This document shows, piece after piece, positions 25,051 to 38,880 of a stretch of DNA of 64,000 nt (positions within the stretch are counted from its first letter, which is position 1; every line of letters begins with the position of its first letter). Source of the DNA: Octopus sinensis (taxonomy: Eukaryota); NCBI RefSeq assembly GCF_006345805.1, contig NC_043006.1, forward strand, positions 102,982,001 to 103,046,000, given 5' to 3'. Both the position numbers and the translations under genes were made by a program. The notes below the pieces were generated by a model. It searched no databases, was not told the origin of the DNA, and saw only the letters and a program-made list of their open reading frames with translations.

Positions 25051-26056
25051 TTCACTGGGAATTTTTCCTCCTGTTAAATATCGATGTTGTGCATAGACAC
25101 ATATTTTCAAATAGAAGTGACTCAACGTAGCCCTCTCTTGTCTAGTTTTATTCCCAACATATCGCCATCAGCCACTCATGCCTGAGGACATGTCGCACCA
25201 CTCGTTTCCCTTATGTTAGATGGACAAACATTTATTGTTAAATAAGAGATGAACTTAGTGCACTACTTAGATGTGCATTCATCTGTTTAGAGTTTACATA
25301 CTGTTCCACAAGGTAAGTGATGTGTAATGTGGTGACTTTTATTTTTCTTTATTGCGCTGTATAACATCTATACTGAATTATATGTTCAATATTGCATTAA
25401 GTAGTATCTATATTGAACCGAGTTCTTTGTGTATTTTGTGTGTTACGTATCATCTGTTGTCTCGTATTGGGCTTTAGTCGTTAAAATGTCTGGTCTCTGG
25501 TGTGTATTGTGTTCCTTCCGATCCGTAGATTGTACTGATATTTGTGTGAGTGTGAGTGTGTATGTATGTATGTATGTATGTATGTATGTATGTATGTATG
25601 TATGTATGTATGTATGTATGTATGTATGTATGTATGTGGATGAGACACAAACATATAATTATATAATTATAATTACACAGATAGAAACAGGCCAATAAAA
25701 CAGTGAATGCAAGCATTGTTTACACACACTCACAAGCACAACAGAACACTCACACACATATATGTATGTATATATATATACATACATATATACATGTATA
25801 TATATAAATATATATGTATATATATGTTTATATATATGTGTATATATATATATTTATATATATGTTTATATATATGTGTATATATATGTATACATATGTA
25901 TATATATATGTATATACATATATATATATATGTATACATATGTATATATATGTATATATATATATAGATTGACATTAAGTAGCAGTGGTTCTACCAGCAG
26001 CAGCTGTAGTAGCAGTTGTAGTAGTACTAGTAGCAGCAGCAGTAGTAGTCGTAGTC

Positions 26057-26098
<42 letters not shown>

Positions 26099-26752
26099 CA
26101 ATAATATATATAAAAAAACATTAGACTGTGTAATAAGAGACACCTAGTGAGAAAGATAATTCTAGGAAACCAAAGAGCGAAAATTAAACAAACCTCAGAT
26201 CTTACACGTCTCAGTAATTTCTATTCAGTACTTATAATTCTATTCCTCACTTCTATTTCATTTTGTATTTTAATTTTCTGCCCTCTAAACAACTACCTCT
26301 TTACGTGTTATTTTTCTGTTGAATAACGTCTGTTGTCTCGTAATCGGTCTCGTAATCACTCTCTCTCTCTTCAATCTCTCTCTCTCTCTCCCTCCCAGTT
26401 TCGCTCTCTTTGTCTTGCTCTATCTGTCTATCTGTTTGCCTTCTCTGTCTGTCTATCTGTCTGTCTCTCACTTTTCACTCACCCTCTTACTGTCATTCAG
26501 AACAACCAGTAGAAGCAATCATATGATTTAGGATAGCAATATCGATTACTGGCGATTGTAGTGTAAATGTGAAGTCTAATTGTGGTGGCGGTCTCTGTCG
26601 TCTGCTCCTTCTATTTTGATTTTGTTTTTAGATTAATTTCGATTAATGTTCCAATCCTGTTATCGTGTATATATACATGTATACACATATGAAAACACAC
26701 ACATTATTATATATACATACACACACACACACACACATACACACTCTCACAC

Positions 26753-26850
26753 ACTGGTAACGCTTCCCGGCGTTGCCCGGATGTTATGAGCTACAAGCAC
26801 AGTGTATTATTTGTCCCTTTCTTAAGGGCAGAATCGGCACAGCTGATATA
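26753..26850 (-). mobile_element. Helitron 3'-end remnant
   Basis: Hairpin cccggcgttgcccgg, similar to the other two Helitron ends. Confidence 0.4.
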
Positions 26851-27110
26851 TATTTAATGGAATAATGGAAGTTATTGTTTGTTCAATAGTGAAGGGCGAG
26901 GGTGTAATTTGCATGAAAGTGCTTTCTGTTCTTAAGAAGGATCAGAAATAATATTGTTTCATCATATAAAAGGGGGTTAATACGATTTTGTCCAGAAATC
27001 ACGTTTTCAATATTTAATCTCCTCTTATCTTCACGGCTATTTATTAATTTGTAACTTTGCGAATAATTTTTTTCGTAAACTATGTAGAAAAACACAGAGA
27101 TTACGAATCT

Positions 27111-27185
<75 letters not shown>

Positions 27186-27221
27186 ACATGATAGATGGTT
27201 ATATATATATATACATAATAG

Positions 27222-27422
27222 TCGCCATGATAGATCGTTAGCCACTACACACATTTTTTTCTCTCCTTGTTTCTCTCCTTGTTTTTTCTGTGTCCCTTTC
27301 TGTAGAAGACCGTAGGCTCGAAACGTAAAACACTTTTTCTATTCCTGAGCGTTATACTAATACATCTGTTTGTTTTGTACACCACCTGTCTTCGGCTTTT
27401 GTTTTTTTCGTAAACTCTCCCT
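27222..27422 (+). mobile_element. Hammerhead-like mini-element family H2; second copy at ~32265-32425
   Basis: ttt-ctgtaga-a-gaccgtaggctc-gaaacgt-a-aaa, then ttcctgagcgt..tgtacacc..tgtcttcg. (TA)n on both sides. Confidence 0.65.
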
Positions 27423-28127
27423 ATATATATATATATACATACATTTTTTATAGTTTAATTTTTCTTAAAGAAACACTTAATGTCCTTTTCTCCACCTCGC
27501 CCACCCATCATCTGCCAGCTTTCAAAAAGCTAAAATCTCCGTCTTTCACTTTTGGCTGATGTTTCCCGCATGCGTAGAATTCTATTGAAATAGTAGACTT
27601 AAAAAATACCAGACCACCACCAGAAAACTCGACATGCTTAGAAACAACAGGTAAACGACATTATTTCTGAAGATACTTCACCGTTTTCCAAAGAAGCTAA
27701 CAGTACAACGTTGGGAGTGTGTAGGTTTTTGGAAGGGGTGAGATAATGGGTAAAATTCTTAAAGATTCGTACTCTGTTTTTTCTCCATGTATTACCAAGA
27801 ATAAGAATTTGAAAAAGTAAAATATTAATTTGGTGTGGAGAGGGAGAAAATTAAAATATTGAGAACGTATTTTGTGGGAGAAATCCTAATCTCCTGTATC
27901 GCAAACGTAGGAATTGGAAGAAATTTAGGAAAAAAATAAAATGAGGGGACAGAAATATCCCCTCGGACATGCTAGAAAGAAGAGATAAAACACGCAGATA
28001 AAAAGTAAAAGAGAATATATATATATACATAAGCATACATATATATATACATACATATATATATACATATATATATATATTGTATATACATATATACATA
28101 TATACATACATATATATACATACATAC

Positions 28128-28172
<45 letters not shown>

Positions 28173-28255
28173 TTGTGTTAGTAATACCAGCGATTATAAT
28201 TATTTTTATTTTATCGCAATTTGATTTGTTTATATATATATATATATACATACAT

Positions 28256-28650
28256 GTGGAGGCGCAATGGCCCAGTGGTTAGGGCAGCGGACTCGCGGTC
28301 ATAGGATCGCGGTTTCAATTCCCAGACCGGGCGTTTTGAGTGTTTATTGAGCGAAAACACCTAAAGCTCCACGAGGCTCCGGCAGGGGATGGTGGTGATC
28401 CCTGCTGTACTCTTTCACCACAACTTTCTCTCACTCTTACTTCCTGTTTCTGTTGTACCTGTATTTCAAGGGGCCGGCCTTGTCACTCTCTGTGTCACGC
28501 TGAATATCCCCGAGAAATACGTTAAGGGTACACGTGTCTGTGGAGTGCTCAGCCACTTACACGTTAATTTCACGAGCAGGCTGTTCCGTTGATCGGATCA
28601 ACCGGAACCCTCGTCGTCGTAACCGACGGAGTGCTTCCATAGTGCTTCCA
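28256..28650 (+). mobile_element. Full-length SINE family C
   Basis: A box tggcccagtgg, B box ggtttcaattcc; 3' end taaccgacggagtgcttcca with a tandem terminal repeat. Confidence 0.9.
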
Positions 28651-28670
28651 TATATATATATATATGTATG

Positions 28671-28883
28671 TGGAAGCATATTCAGCGGATATTCAGCGTG
28701 ACATAGAGAGTGACAAGGCCGGCCCTTTGAAATACAGGTACAACAGAAACAGGAAGTAAGAGTGAGAGAAAGTTGTGGTGAAAGAGTACAGCAGGGATCA
28801 CCACCATCCCTGCCGGAGCCTCGTGGAGCTTTAGGTGTTTTCGCTCAATAAACACTCACAACGCCCGGTCTGGGAATCGAAAC
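28671..28883 (-). mobile_element. Internally deleted inverted copy of SINE family C
   Basis: Near-perfect reverse complement of 28312-28508, plus terminal tggaagca. Confidence 0.9.
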
Positions 28884-29457
28884 TATATGTATGTATGTAT
28901 GTATGTATGTATACATATATGTATGTATATACATATATATATATATGTATGCATGTATATATGTATGTGTATATATATATATATATATATAATAAGTGTA
29001 AATGTGTATATGTGTGTATGCAACTCTACAACTAGATATCACTGTATGTTTGTATGAACATTGGTATATGTTATTGAGAGAGAAATAGATAGATAGATAG
29101 AGGGAGAGAAAGTTAGTTTGCGCACATGCAAAAAGCATCGTGTAGAGAGACACGTAATATATGCATATTTTTGTCAATCTTTCCTTGTTTCTTTCCTTCT
29201 CGCTGTCCTTATGTTAAATTATATACTTTAAATAAGGATTCAAACTCCTCTCCTAATATATTAAAACAGTTGTTTTCAATATGTCTAGAAGAATGTTTCA
29301 TATATTTTCAATGAAACTTCAACAAAGCTAATATTTATTACAATAATTCATCAAAAACATGGTTGAAAAGCGTTCTCTTTGTACTCATGATCCACAACAA
29401 TGACACGAACATAGACACTGCAATAATGGCTGTTTATATTCACTAACAACTAATATT

Positions 29458-29611
29458 GGATCTTTCCTTCTCCTATGTTTCCGACACAGAGCTCCGCTCG
29501 AAACGTTAAACCCTCCTTCTTTCCTTCTTTCCTGAGCGTCCAATAATACTATATTTGTTCCACGTCCTCGCGTTGCTGTGGTTTTTTCGTGCTTTCTTGT
29601 TTGGATTAACT
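29458..29611 (+). mobile_element. Family H1, copy 2
   Basis: gttt-ccgacac-a-gagc-tcc-gctc-gaaacgt-t-aaac at 29477-29511: stems intact, first core mutated. Confidence 0.8.
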
Positions 29612-29895
29612 ATATATATATATATATATATAAATTAAATCAAATTAGAGATAAAACCACTATTAGGAAACTCAAACAGTGATAGACATAAACCAAAACA
29701 TAAAAAACAAAAAATAAAAATAATTAATATAATACAATATATATATATATAAAATATACAATTTAAAATTTAAATTATTAAAATTTTAATTTTTTAAATT
29801 TATATTATTAAATTTTTATATTTTTAAATTTTTGAATTTAATTTTTTTTTATAACTAACCAAAAAGTATAAAAAAGTTAACTATAATATAATAAG

Positions 29896-29958
<63 letters not shown>

Positions 29959-29960
29959 CA

Positions 29961-30163
29961 AGTTAATCCAAACATGAAAACACAAAGAGAAGACACAACA
30001 ACGCGAGGACGTGGAACAAATATAGTATTATTGGACGCTCAGGAAGGAAAGGAAGAAGGACGGTTTTACGTTTCGAGCCCTTCGTCAGAAACATAGGAAA
30101 AGGAAAGATCCAGAGAAGGGAAGACGGAGGGAAAAAAATCGCCAACGGTACCAACGCGGTCAC
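29961..30163 (-). mobile_element. Family H1, copy 3
   Basis: Reverse complement gttt-ctgacga-a-gggctc-gaaacgt-a-aaac at 30063-30092: cores intact, stem II shortened. Confidence 0.8.
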
Positions 30164-30564
30164 AGGGAATATGTATGTGTTCACATATTTCATAATGGAA
30201 TATTCTAATAAGTACTCAAACCAGTCAGAAATATTGAGCCAAAACAATGTAAAATGTCTTTACAATTAGGTCGGATATTTTGGCGGCATAGTGATGATAA
30301 TGAGTTAACTTTGATTAGCCAACCAGCATTTTCCGTGGAAGGGAATATAATTGCTTAACAAAAGTAGCCTAGCCTCTAAATGAAAATATGAAACGTAATA
30401 TTTTACCTAAGTAAGAAAAGTAGTATATCAGATGAGCAGTAAGAAACGAAAATGTATACTACATCGGTGTAAGCGAAGGCAGATGCAAGCCACGTTCAAT
30501 GAAGCATAGACGTATCGCGGAGATTTAGAGAGAGATTATTACGTTAGCGCCATCCTGTCATGTA

Positions 30565-30836
30565 TGTTGTTGTTGTTGTTTGTTCCTTCTCGAGTCATGG
30601 CTGGCTCACAAGGGCCGGTTTCCCGGTTTCCCGGCGTATAGGTTCCCCACCTGGACGGGACGCCGGTCCATTGCAAAATACAGGAGGAAAGAATGTGAGT
30701 CAGCAGAAGTTTCGCCATTACCCTCTGCCGGAGCCGCGTGGAGCTTAGGTGTTTCGCTCATAAACACACACATCGTCCGGTCTGAGATTCGAACCCGCGA
30801 TCCCCGCTGCTCTAACTACTAGGCCACGTGCCTCCC
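30565..30836 (-). mobile_element. SINE with family C-like head and a third tail type ending in (CAA)n
   Basis: Reverse complement tggcctagtagttagagcagcgg..gggttcgaatctcagaccgg..cacctaagctccacg.., then gcgtcccgtccagg..gaaaccgg..gagcc. Confidence 0.75.
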
Positions 30837-32545
30837 AATCCTGTCAGGTATGCAAAATTAGAGACTAATGTATTAACTCCTTTAATATTGACCGGTCAAT
30901 GACCATACAGAACGCTCGACATAAGCGGCACAACAAAGGGCCAACAGTGCAAAACGAGAATATTCTGCAATAGAAAAAAAAATGGATATCTGAGACAAAG
31001 TGCGGAAGTATCTAAAATAGCACCATGGAGCTATAATCTAAGTGGTAAATTACAACAGATGTAATAACCTTATTGATCTTCTGGATGAAAACAAAATTTT
31101 TATCGGTCTGATATTTACAGCATGCCGACCGTAATCCGTTAACATATTATATATCCTTTGATATATTACTTGATGAACCCTTCTTTGATGTGAAACTTAG
31201 TAATGAAAACTTATCAATATTTAACAATACTGGATATAATAAGTCGCCTAGACAATTAAATATTTGTTAATTAGTCCATACGCCTAATTGCCGCATTTCA
31301 CACACACACACACACACAGTCATACACGTTGACGCACAGGCACACACACATCTATCTATATATATATTTATATCCAGAACTATAGCTAAATCTATCTGTA
31401 TAGATGTATATATACTGGTTCAATATTATTATACCGCTGTGGGCGTAACTGAGTGAAAGAAATTGCTCAATAGATGAATACATACATCTCCGCTCTTTCT
31501 AAAAACTTTTAAGGAATGTTGGTTTAAATTCTCTCCAAAGCATTTTTTAACGCGCAATTTCTCTCGGCTCTTCTTGTTCTAGAATTATACGCGTTACCAC
31601 TCTGGTCTCCCCCTTCTCTCTGCCTCCATTCCTTTATCTTATCAATAAAATGAAATCAACAGAATTCTGATATACGCAGCTGACGCATGTTCGCACCGGC
31701 AAGTACTCACAAATGACTAATACGCAGCCGCACAAGTAATTACATTCCCTGGCAAAGACGAACATACGCACCAAGGAGCTGGTGCCACCAGCTCCCATCC
31801 ACGCTATAGATTACACACAGGAACCTCCCCACAGGCATAAGAAATACGCACACATACGCATGAGATGCCCAATCTACACACTCATACAGCTGCCATACAC
31901 ATACACATACATACATACCGACCCTGTATCTCATATCTCGTTAGTCTTCTCAAAGACGAGCCAGACAACAAGACACCCTCAGATTCCTATCCATCCACGC
32001 TTTCCTACAAATCTTCTTTTTCAATGCATTTGGTGTCACTGGTATGTCAATCTCACTTCTCATAATATCATATAATCCGTCCAGATCAATAGGAGCCCAG
32101 GTTCCGCTAGACCTCTAAGACTTCCGGCATTACTCAATTCGATGAGATAGGTTTCTGTAAGGAGCCTACGAAACTTTAATTTGCTTGGGGCCGAATCGAA
32201 CTCTTCCCAAATGAAACTGTTTTAAATAAGCCATTCGCCATTTTGGAACGCTGAAGTCTACAAGTTTTTTTCATTTTCTGTTTAATTTCTTTACTTTTAT
32301 TCCTTTCATTTGAAGAGCGTAGGCTCTAATCGTAAATGACTTTTTGCATTTTTCTCGAGCGTCAAACTGCTACACTTGATGTTTGTACACCTGTCTTCGT
32401 TTTTTGTTTTTCTATAAATTTCAACTGTGCATACATACACACACACACATACATACATACATACATACATACATACATACATACATACATACATACATAC
32501 ATACATACATACATACATGCATAAATTCATACATGCATACATACA

Positions 32546-32595
<50 letters not shown>

Positions 32596-32744
32596 GGCGC
32601 AAGCGTGGGTATTTTAGAAGTTTGCTCCCCACCCACATGGCTCTGAGTTCAGTCCAACTGGGCAAGTGTATTCTACTGTTGCCTCGGGCCGACCAAAGCC
32701 TTGTGAGTGGAACAGGTAGAGAAAAATTGAAAGAAGACAGTCGC

Positions 32745-32745
<1 letters not shown>
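32596..32745 (+). mobile_element. SINE family B head
   Basis: gagttcagtcc..gggcaagtgtattctact..ctcgggccgaccaaagccttgtgagtgga. Confidence 0.8.
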
Positions 32746-32797
<52 letters not shown>

Positions 32798-32807
32798 AGA
32801 GAGAGAG

Positions 32808-32940
32808 AGATAAATATAAAAAGTGAAGTTAAACGCGGGTTTTATTCAAATCCTTGTACTTCCGACATGTTTCGAAACATATGTCCGAAGTATAAAGATT
32901 TGAATAATACCTGCGTTTAACTCCATTTATTTATTTATCT
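32808..32940. repeat. Loopless palindrome centred on TTCGAA
   Basis: gttaaacgcggg..ttattcaaatc..gacatgtttc|gaaacatatgtc..gatttgaataa..gcgtttaac. Confidence 0.85.
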
Positions 32941-33091
32941 ACGTAATATAAAAGCATTTCACTAAACCATGGAATTCCTACCTTTATAAGTAGGCTGTTA
33001 CGTCATTGGTACTTATGTGAATTTTCGCTACTCCGGTAACTATTTATTAATTTTTTCCGTGTTATTTGTACACATTGGAAAATACACACAC

Positions 33092-33173
<82 letters not shown>

Positions 33174-34017
33174 TTATATACATATACATATAAAGGTCGA
33201 CTTCTAGCATAATGGATGTCCGCTTTGTGGCCATCCCACTTATATATATATATATATAAACACTCACACACACAATTTATATACATATACATACAGACAC
33301 ACTGACACACACAGACATATATAAGGGTATTTATTTTAACTAGGAAGTTTACTTGTAGATGACAAAAACTGCTCATGAATAATTTCGTAATTTAGAAAAA
33401 GGCCATTTAATTAGATATATCTTTATCAACGATTACATTTTCCTGAATACTTGATGCAAAAAATGTAATTGATCCCGATCAGTTCCTGGAGTGCAATTTC
33501 TTTCGTTAGTGCTACAGATGTTAATTCTTACATAATGTAGAAGTTTGTTGACAAATATTGTATTTCCCTTATGATTAATAGGTTTCGAGTTTTGCTAAGA
33601 AAGTTAATTAACCCACAGAAAACAAAATATATGATATCGTTTGATGTTATTTGGTAAATGGCATGTCATATTTTCTAAGTAATATTCTCAAGTGTACACG
33701 AAATATAAGGTTTAAAACACGTACATAATTACTATGGTATGTCCTATGCACATGTATTTAAATATTCATATAAACATACTTACAACAGCACATACATGCA
33801 AACACATTTACACACTTAGTAATATACACGCACATATATGTATGTATGTATGTGTATGTTTATTAATACTAGTACTTATGCTATTTTTTTGTATAACATA
33901 TACAACACATATTCATGAATTTATTTTCGCTAGATACTACCATAGTAATGCGCATGCTCACAATTACACAAAAATATCCAAACATAACTACGCATATAAA
34001 GCATATATATCTGCCTG

Positions 34018-34103
<86 letters not shown>

Positions 34104-34149
34104 CATCCATCCATCCATCTATCTATCTATCCATCTGTCAGTCTGTCTT

Positions 34150-34186
<37 letters not shown>

Positions 34187-34219
34187 GTGTTTATCTATCT
34201 ATCTATCTATCTATCTATC

Positions 34220-34256
<37 letters not shown>

Positions 34257-34266
34257 TTATCTATCT

Positions 34267-34301
<35 letters not shown>

Positions 34302-34365
34302 TAGATAGATAGATAATAGATAGATAGATAGACAGACAGATAGATAGATAGATAGATAGATAGAT
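34018..34365. repeat. (CTAT)n directly followed by (ATAG)n compound microsatellite
   Basis: Seen directly; strand switch at ~34266. Confidence 0.95.
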
Positions 34366-34466
34366 ATAAAATCCAGTGTACATTTAAATACATTAAGAGG
34401 TTTCCATCATAAGATTCCCATGATGGAAACCTTTTAATGTGTTTAAATGTACACTCTATTTTATAT
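34364..34466. repeat. Hairpin with ~47-bp arms
   Basis: gtgtacatttaaatacattaagaggtttccatcat-aagattccc-atgatggaaaccttttaatgtgtttaaatgtacac. Confidence 0.85.
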
Positions 34467-34558
34467 GAATAATATTTAGTCTTTTGACTAATTTTTCTAT
34501 ACGCTAGATCACTGGTAGCAAAAATTTCTAAAATCTATATTACCCTGATATTATTAAT

Positions 34559-34626
<68 letters not shown>

Positions 34627-34639
34627 GTATATGCTGGCC

Positions 34640-34922
34640 ACTTCATCGGTTATGGTGACGAGTGTTCCAGTTGGTTTGTCCGTGAACTAAATGTTCACAG
34701 ACATGCGCACCCTTAACGTGGTTCTCAGGGAGAAACAGTGTGATACAGAGTGTGACAAGTGTAGGTGAGTGAACGACAGGCACAAGTAATTTTTGCCGGA
34801 TGAGTGTACTGGAGCAACGAGAGAAGAGGTTGTTTTGCTCAAGGACAAAACACGTCACCGGGTATCGAACTCATAAACTTACGATCTTGAGCCGAGCTGA
34901 AGACACTAAGTTATGCGTCTTC
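34640..34922 (-). mobile_element. SINE family D, diverged
   Basis: Similar to 23255-23568. Confidence 0.7.
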
Positions 34923-34936
34923 ACAATACACGCACG

Positions 34937-35032
<96 letters not shown>

Positions 35033-35559
35033 AACATACATTAGTCTATGTATGCATATGTATATACATGTTTCATTAATAAAGAATAATTATTAATTAT
35101 ATAATGCAAATTTTATATAATGAAATTGCATCAGTTGTTTACGTATACAGTGGTGCCAATCTTGTCCCTTGTCCAGTAATATTACGAATTAAAGTTACGC
35201 ATCTCTGGAGACTGACAATACAATTTGATGATATAATTTACATTACATAACTAAATTCATTCCTTTTTGAATGCAGCACACGTAAGATGATGTAATTAAA
35301 TATTTTATAAACAATGAATCCTGTTTTGTAGTTTATATGTACCCTGCGACATATCCAACTGATGATTCCAACCAAGAAATACGGGTATTACAATAGAAGT
35401 CATCGACCAGTGTGGAGCGAAAAATAGGAGTACGTAATATATCGGGTACAATCTCTAGAATGGAAAAAAGGTAATATCCTGCAGGCAGTCTTCGACCCTT
35501 TTTCTGTGAAATGTGTTTATAACCCATTATACTTCATGACATTATTTATAGGTGCATAA

Positions 35560-35780
35560 CACGGCAAGCTGACAGAAGCGTTAGGAGACCGGACAAAATC
35601 CTTAGCGGTATTTGGTCCGTCTTTTATATTCTGAGTTAAAATTCCGCCGCAGCCGACTTTGCCTTTCATCCTTTCGCTGTCGATTAGATAAGGACTAGTC
35701 TAGTGCTGGAGTCATTGTCATCGACTTAACCCCTTCAACACAAATTTCAGGCTTTGTGCGCCTATAGTAAAACGGATTAT
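35560..35780 (+). mobile_element. SINE family A
   Basis: ggcaagctgacagaagcgttag..gactttgcctttcatcctttcg..gtcgat. Confidence 0.85.
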
Positions 35781-36244
35781 TTATTGGTGTTTCCACTTTG
35801 AGATTCAGCCTTAAATTTATTTACATCACTTTTTCTCGAGGACTTCACATTTTCATAATATAAACATTTGTGTGTGTGTGTTTATGTATACAATATTATC
35901 ACATATATCTTATTGTCCATGCTCCTATCGTCATGTATCTTTATAGTAGCATTAGCTATTCAGCTCAGCATGGGTTAAGAAAGTTATCGAGTACCTTGAC
36001 GCATGGAGCTAGTTCTTTGCACCACTACGGCTTTTCCCGATTAATAACACTCAACCGCCTCCCTAATCAATGTGTATCAGATGAAATGTGAAACAACTAA
36101 GAAATTATTGATATTCCGAGATTTGCAAGTAAAAGAAAGCAATAATGATTAGTTTATCGTATCTCTGCATGCATTGTATACATTTATATGCTTGTGTGTA
36201 AAAGTTATATCCACATCTTGCTGTTGGAGTTTCCACATTTAGGA

Positions 36245-36405
36245 AACAGGCTTCTTTCAGTTTCCGTCTACCAAATTCTCTCACAAGGCTTTGGCCTGCC
36301 CGAGACTATAGTAGAAGACATTTACCCAAGGTGCCACGCAGTAGGACTGAACCCGGAGCCATGTGGTTGGTAAGCAAGCTACTACAACACAACCACTCCT
36401 GCACC
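36245..36405 (-). mobile_element. SINE family B head
   Basis: ggcttctttcagtttccgtctaccaaat..gactgaacccggagccatgtggttggtaagc. Confidence 0.85.
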
Positions 36406-37261
36406 TATCTTCACATAATTATTTTCAAATATTGTCTTTCAAATTTTAAGGTCTCGAAATCAAACCAAAGTATTTTGAAGACGACATTCAATTGACTTAA
36501 CTGCATATGTTTATGTGAATACGCTTATATCTGGACTCAGGCAGATTATATGATCATATGACTGGGTGAACTATGTTAGACTATTTAAACAATTATCCAA
36601 TATTATACAAGTGATTAAACTAAGCTTTTAATTAAATAGAATTCAGTATGCTAAAATACACAAAAGTCGCTCCAGTTCAGTAAAAGTTATTGGCATTATT
36701 CCCTGAGAAGTTATGCAAGAGTCCATTTTCATTAAAGTCAAAGAATTAGAAAATGTGGTGTATCAGAGCAAAATTAAAACAAACGTTGACGACTCGAAAC
36801 AGCAATGCATTAGTGGGGGAAGAAGTGACAAATATCAATACTAATTAGATTCTACCCTCAGTTATAAATTTTGTTGGATGGATGTAAAGTTGGAAAAACA
36901 TGACAGTGATACATGATTACATCCGATAAGTCCATCAAAGTATCGACGTATTAAAACATCATTAAAATCTTGCAAACATCTCGGGAAACCTATATATCCT
37001 AAATTCTTCGCACAATTTCTCAATAGGAGATTCAAATGATATCTGCGATTCAGCTAAAAGAGACATGCTCTTAGTTTTCTAAAAACAACTTTTGTCAAGC
37101 GACAGTGATATAATACCCTAGGATATTTTTGATATCTGGAGAATTAGCAATAACAATTTCTTTTGATTAGTCATACGGAGAAGTTTTTTTAGAAGAAGAA
37201 GCAATGGGATAGACTCGAGTATATTTATGCTATACATTGAAAAATCCGATAGCTCTAGCAT

Positions 37262-37640
37262 AATATTGATTTCAAATTTTGTTACAAGGCCAGAAATTTC
37301 GAGCGTAGGGGGAAGACGATTACGTCGACCCCGAAAGGAAGAAAGACCAAGTCGACCCCGGGAGAATTTGAATTTAGAATGTATAGACAGATGAATTCCC
37401 GCCTAGCATTTCGTCCAACGTGCTAACGATTCTGCCAGCTTATATTTATACGTAATATTGGTTTCAAATTTTGGCACAAGGCTTATCGATTATGTTAAAG
37501 GTTATAATCGATGTAATCGACATCCTTACTTGATCGCTACTACTCCTATGAAAGGTAAAGTCAACCAAAGAATGACTTGAACTCTCATTGAAGCGCGGTG
37601 TAATTACATATCCGAAACCAAATGGATTTTGTTCGGCACC
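37262..37640 (-). mobile_element. Two family A SINEs inside the TRPM-like pseudogene
   Basis: ttcaaattttg..acaaggc..gtcgacccc..gaatttgaa..tgctaacgattctgccagct. Confidence 0.8.
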
Positions 37641-38806
37641 CTACTGATTCTGCAGTCCAACACTGTTAAATTTAAAAGGTTGGTACGCCGTGAGAAGAGA
37701 CACGGCTTGAGGTTTTGCCACAGCACTGCATTAAATAGACTTACACGGGAGAAAGCGAGAACATTTCGTATTCAAAATACAAGATATATTTAGAATTCAA
37801 AGCTATGTTATTTGAATCTAGTGGAACGTACTCAATATGGTCGTAGGATAAAATTATCAATTAGACTTGATATGCAGAAACAATTCTCAAATAACGCAGT
37901 GCCGAATTGGCATGAATGTGTGATTAAAATGGTAGATGAGACAGAGCTCAGTAAAACTGCTCAGCACTGAGATAAGTGTCCTCTACCAAAATATTTAGTG
38001 AAAGTGGGTTATGGGATACTGTATGAGAACCCTTCCCATTTACTGAGTTTGTGGCTCGACCCGTCGCACATTTTAACACCTATAATTCACTTTTAGGTGC
38101 CTATATTGGATTCTAGCATGCAGTAAGCTTTCTAAGCAGATGTCTATTCTGACGCCAAGTAATTCGATGTATAAATGTTATACTTCCAACGGTAGTAAAC
38201 GATCAAGTATATTTCCTTCTCTTCTCCCTTATCAGGGGCATTGACTTTTACACCCATGACAAAAAGATAAAATGTGCCCTTCAAAATAAAATATTACTTC
38301 GGCAATTAACTACATGGTTCAGAAAATAATAGATGTATCTTCAAGTTTTCCATTATATTTCAGACACTCAGTGGGCGTTATGCTGGGCATAAAACGAAAA
38401 TATTTTACGTTGTACATGTACAGCTCCATTGAGTACTTCTGCCTCTCTGCCCCTGTCTGTTTTTCTGTCTCTATCTTTCTCTCTCTCCCCCTCTCCCCAT
38501 GTATATATATACATGCATACGTACATATATACATACATACATAATGCATACATATATATATATATGTGCACATCTATACAAACATTTTAACTCTTACTTG
38601 GATTTGGATGGAGGCTATGTTGCGGCAGCGCCTTGAATGGGTTAGTCGAACAAATCGCTGCCAGTACTTATTCTTTAAGCCTGCTATTTATTCTATTGGT
38701 CTCTTTAGACGAACCGCTATATTAGGAGACGTAAATAAACTAACACCACTGTGTGCTGCTATCGTTTGGCACACTACAGAAGTAGACTGGGAACGTTTTG
38801 ATATAT

Positions 38807-38880
<74 letters not shown>

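Noticed and set aside
25290-25320. Splice donor AAG|GTAAGT
   Set aside because: An isolated motif with no supported exon.
28256-28330. tRNA genes at SINE heads
   Set aside because: A and B boxes are present but there is no complete cloverleaf, and each runs into a SINE body.
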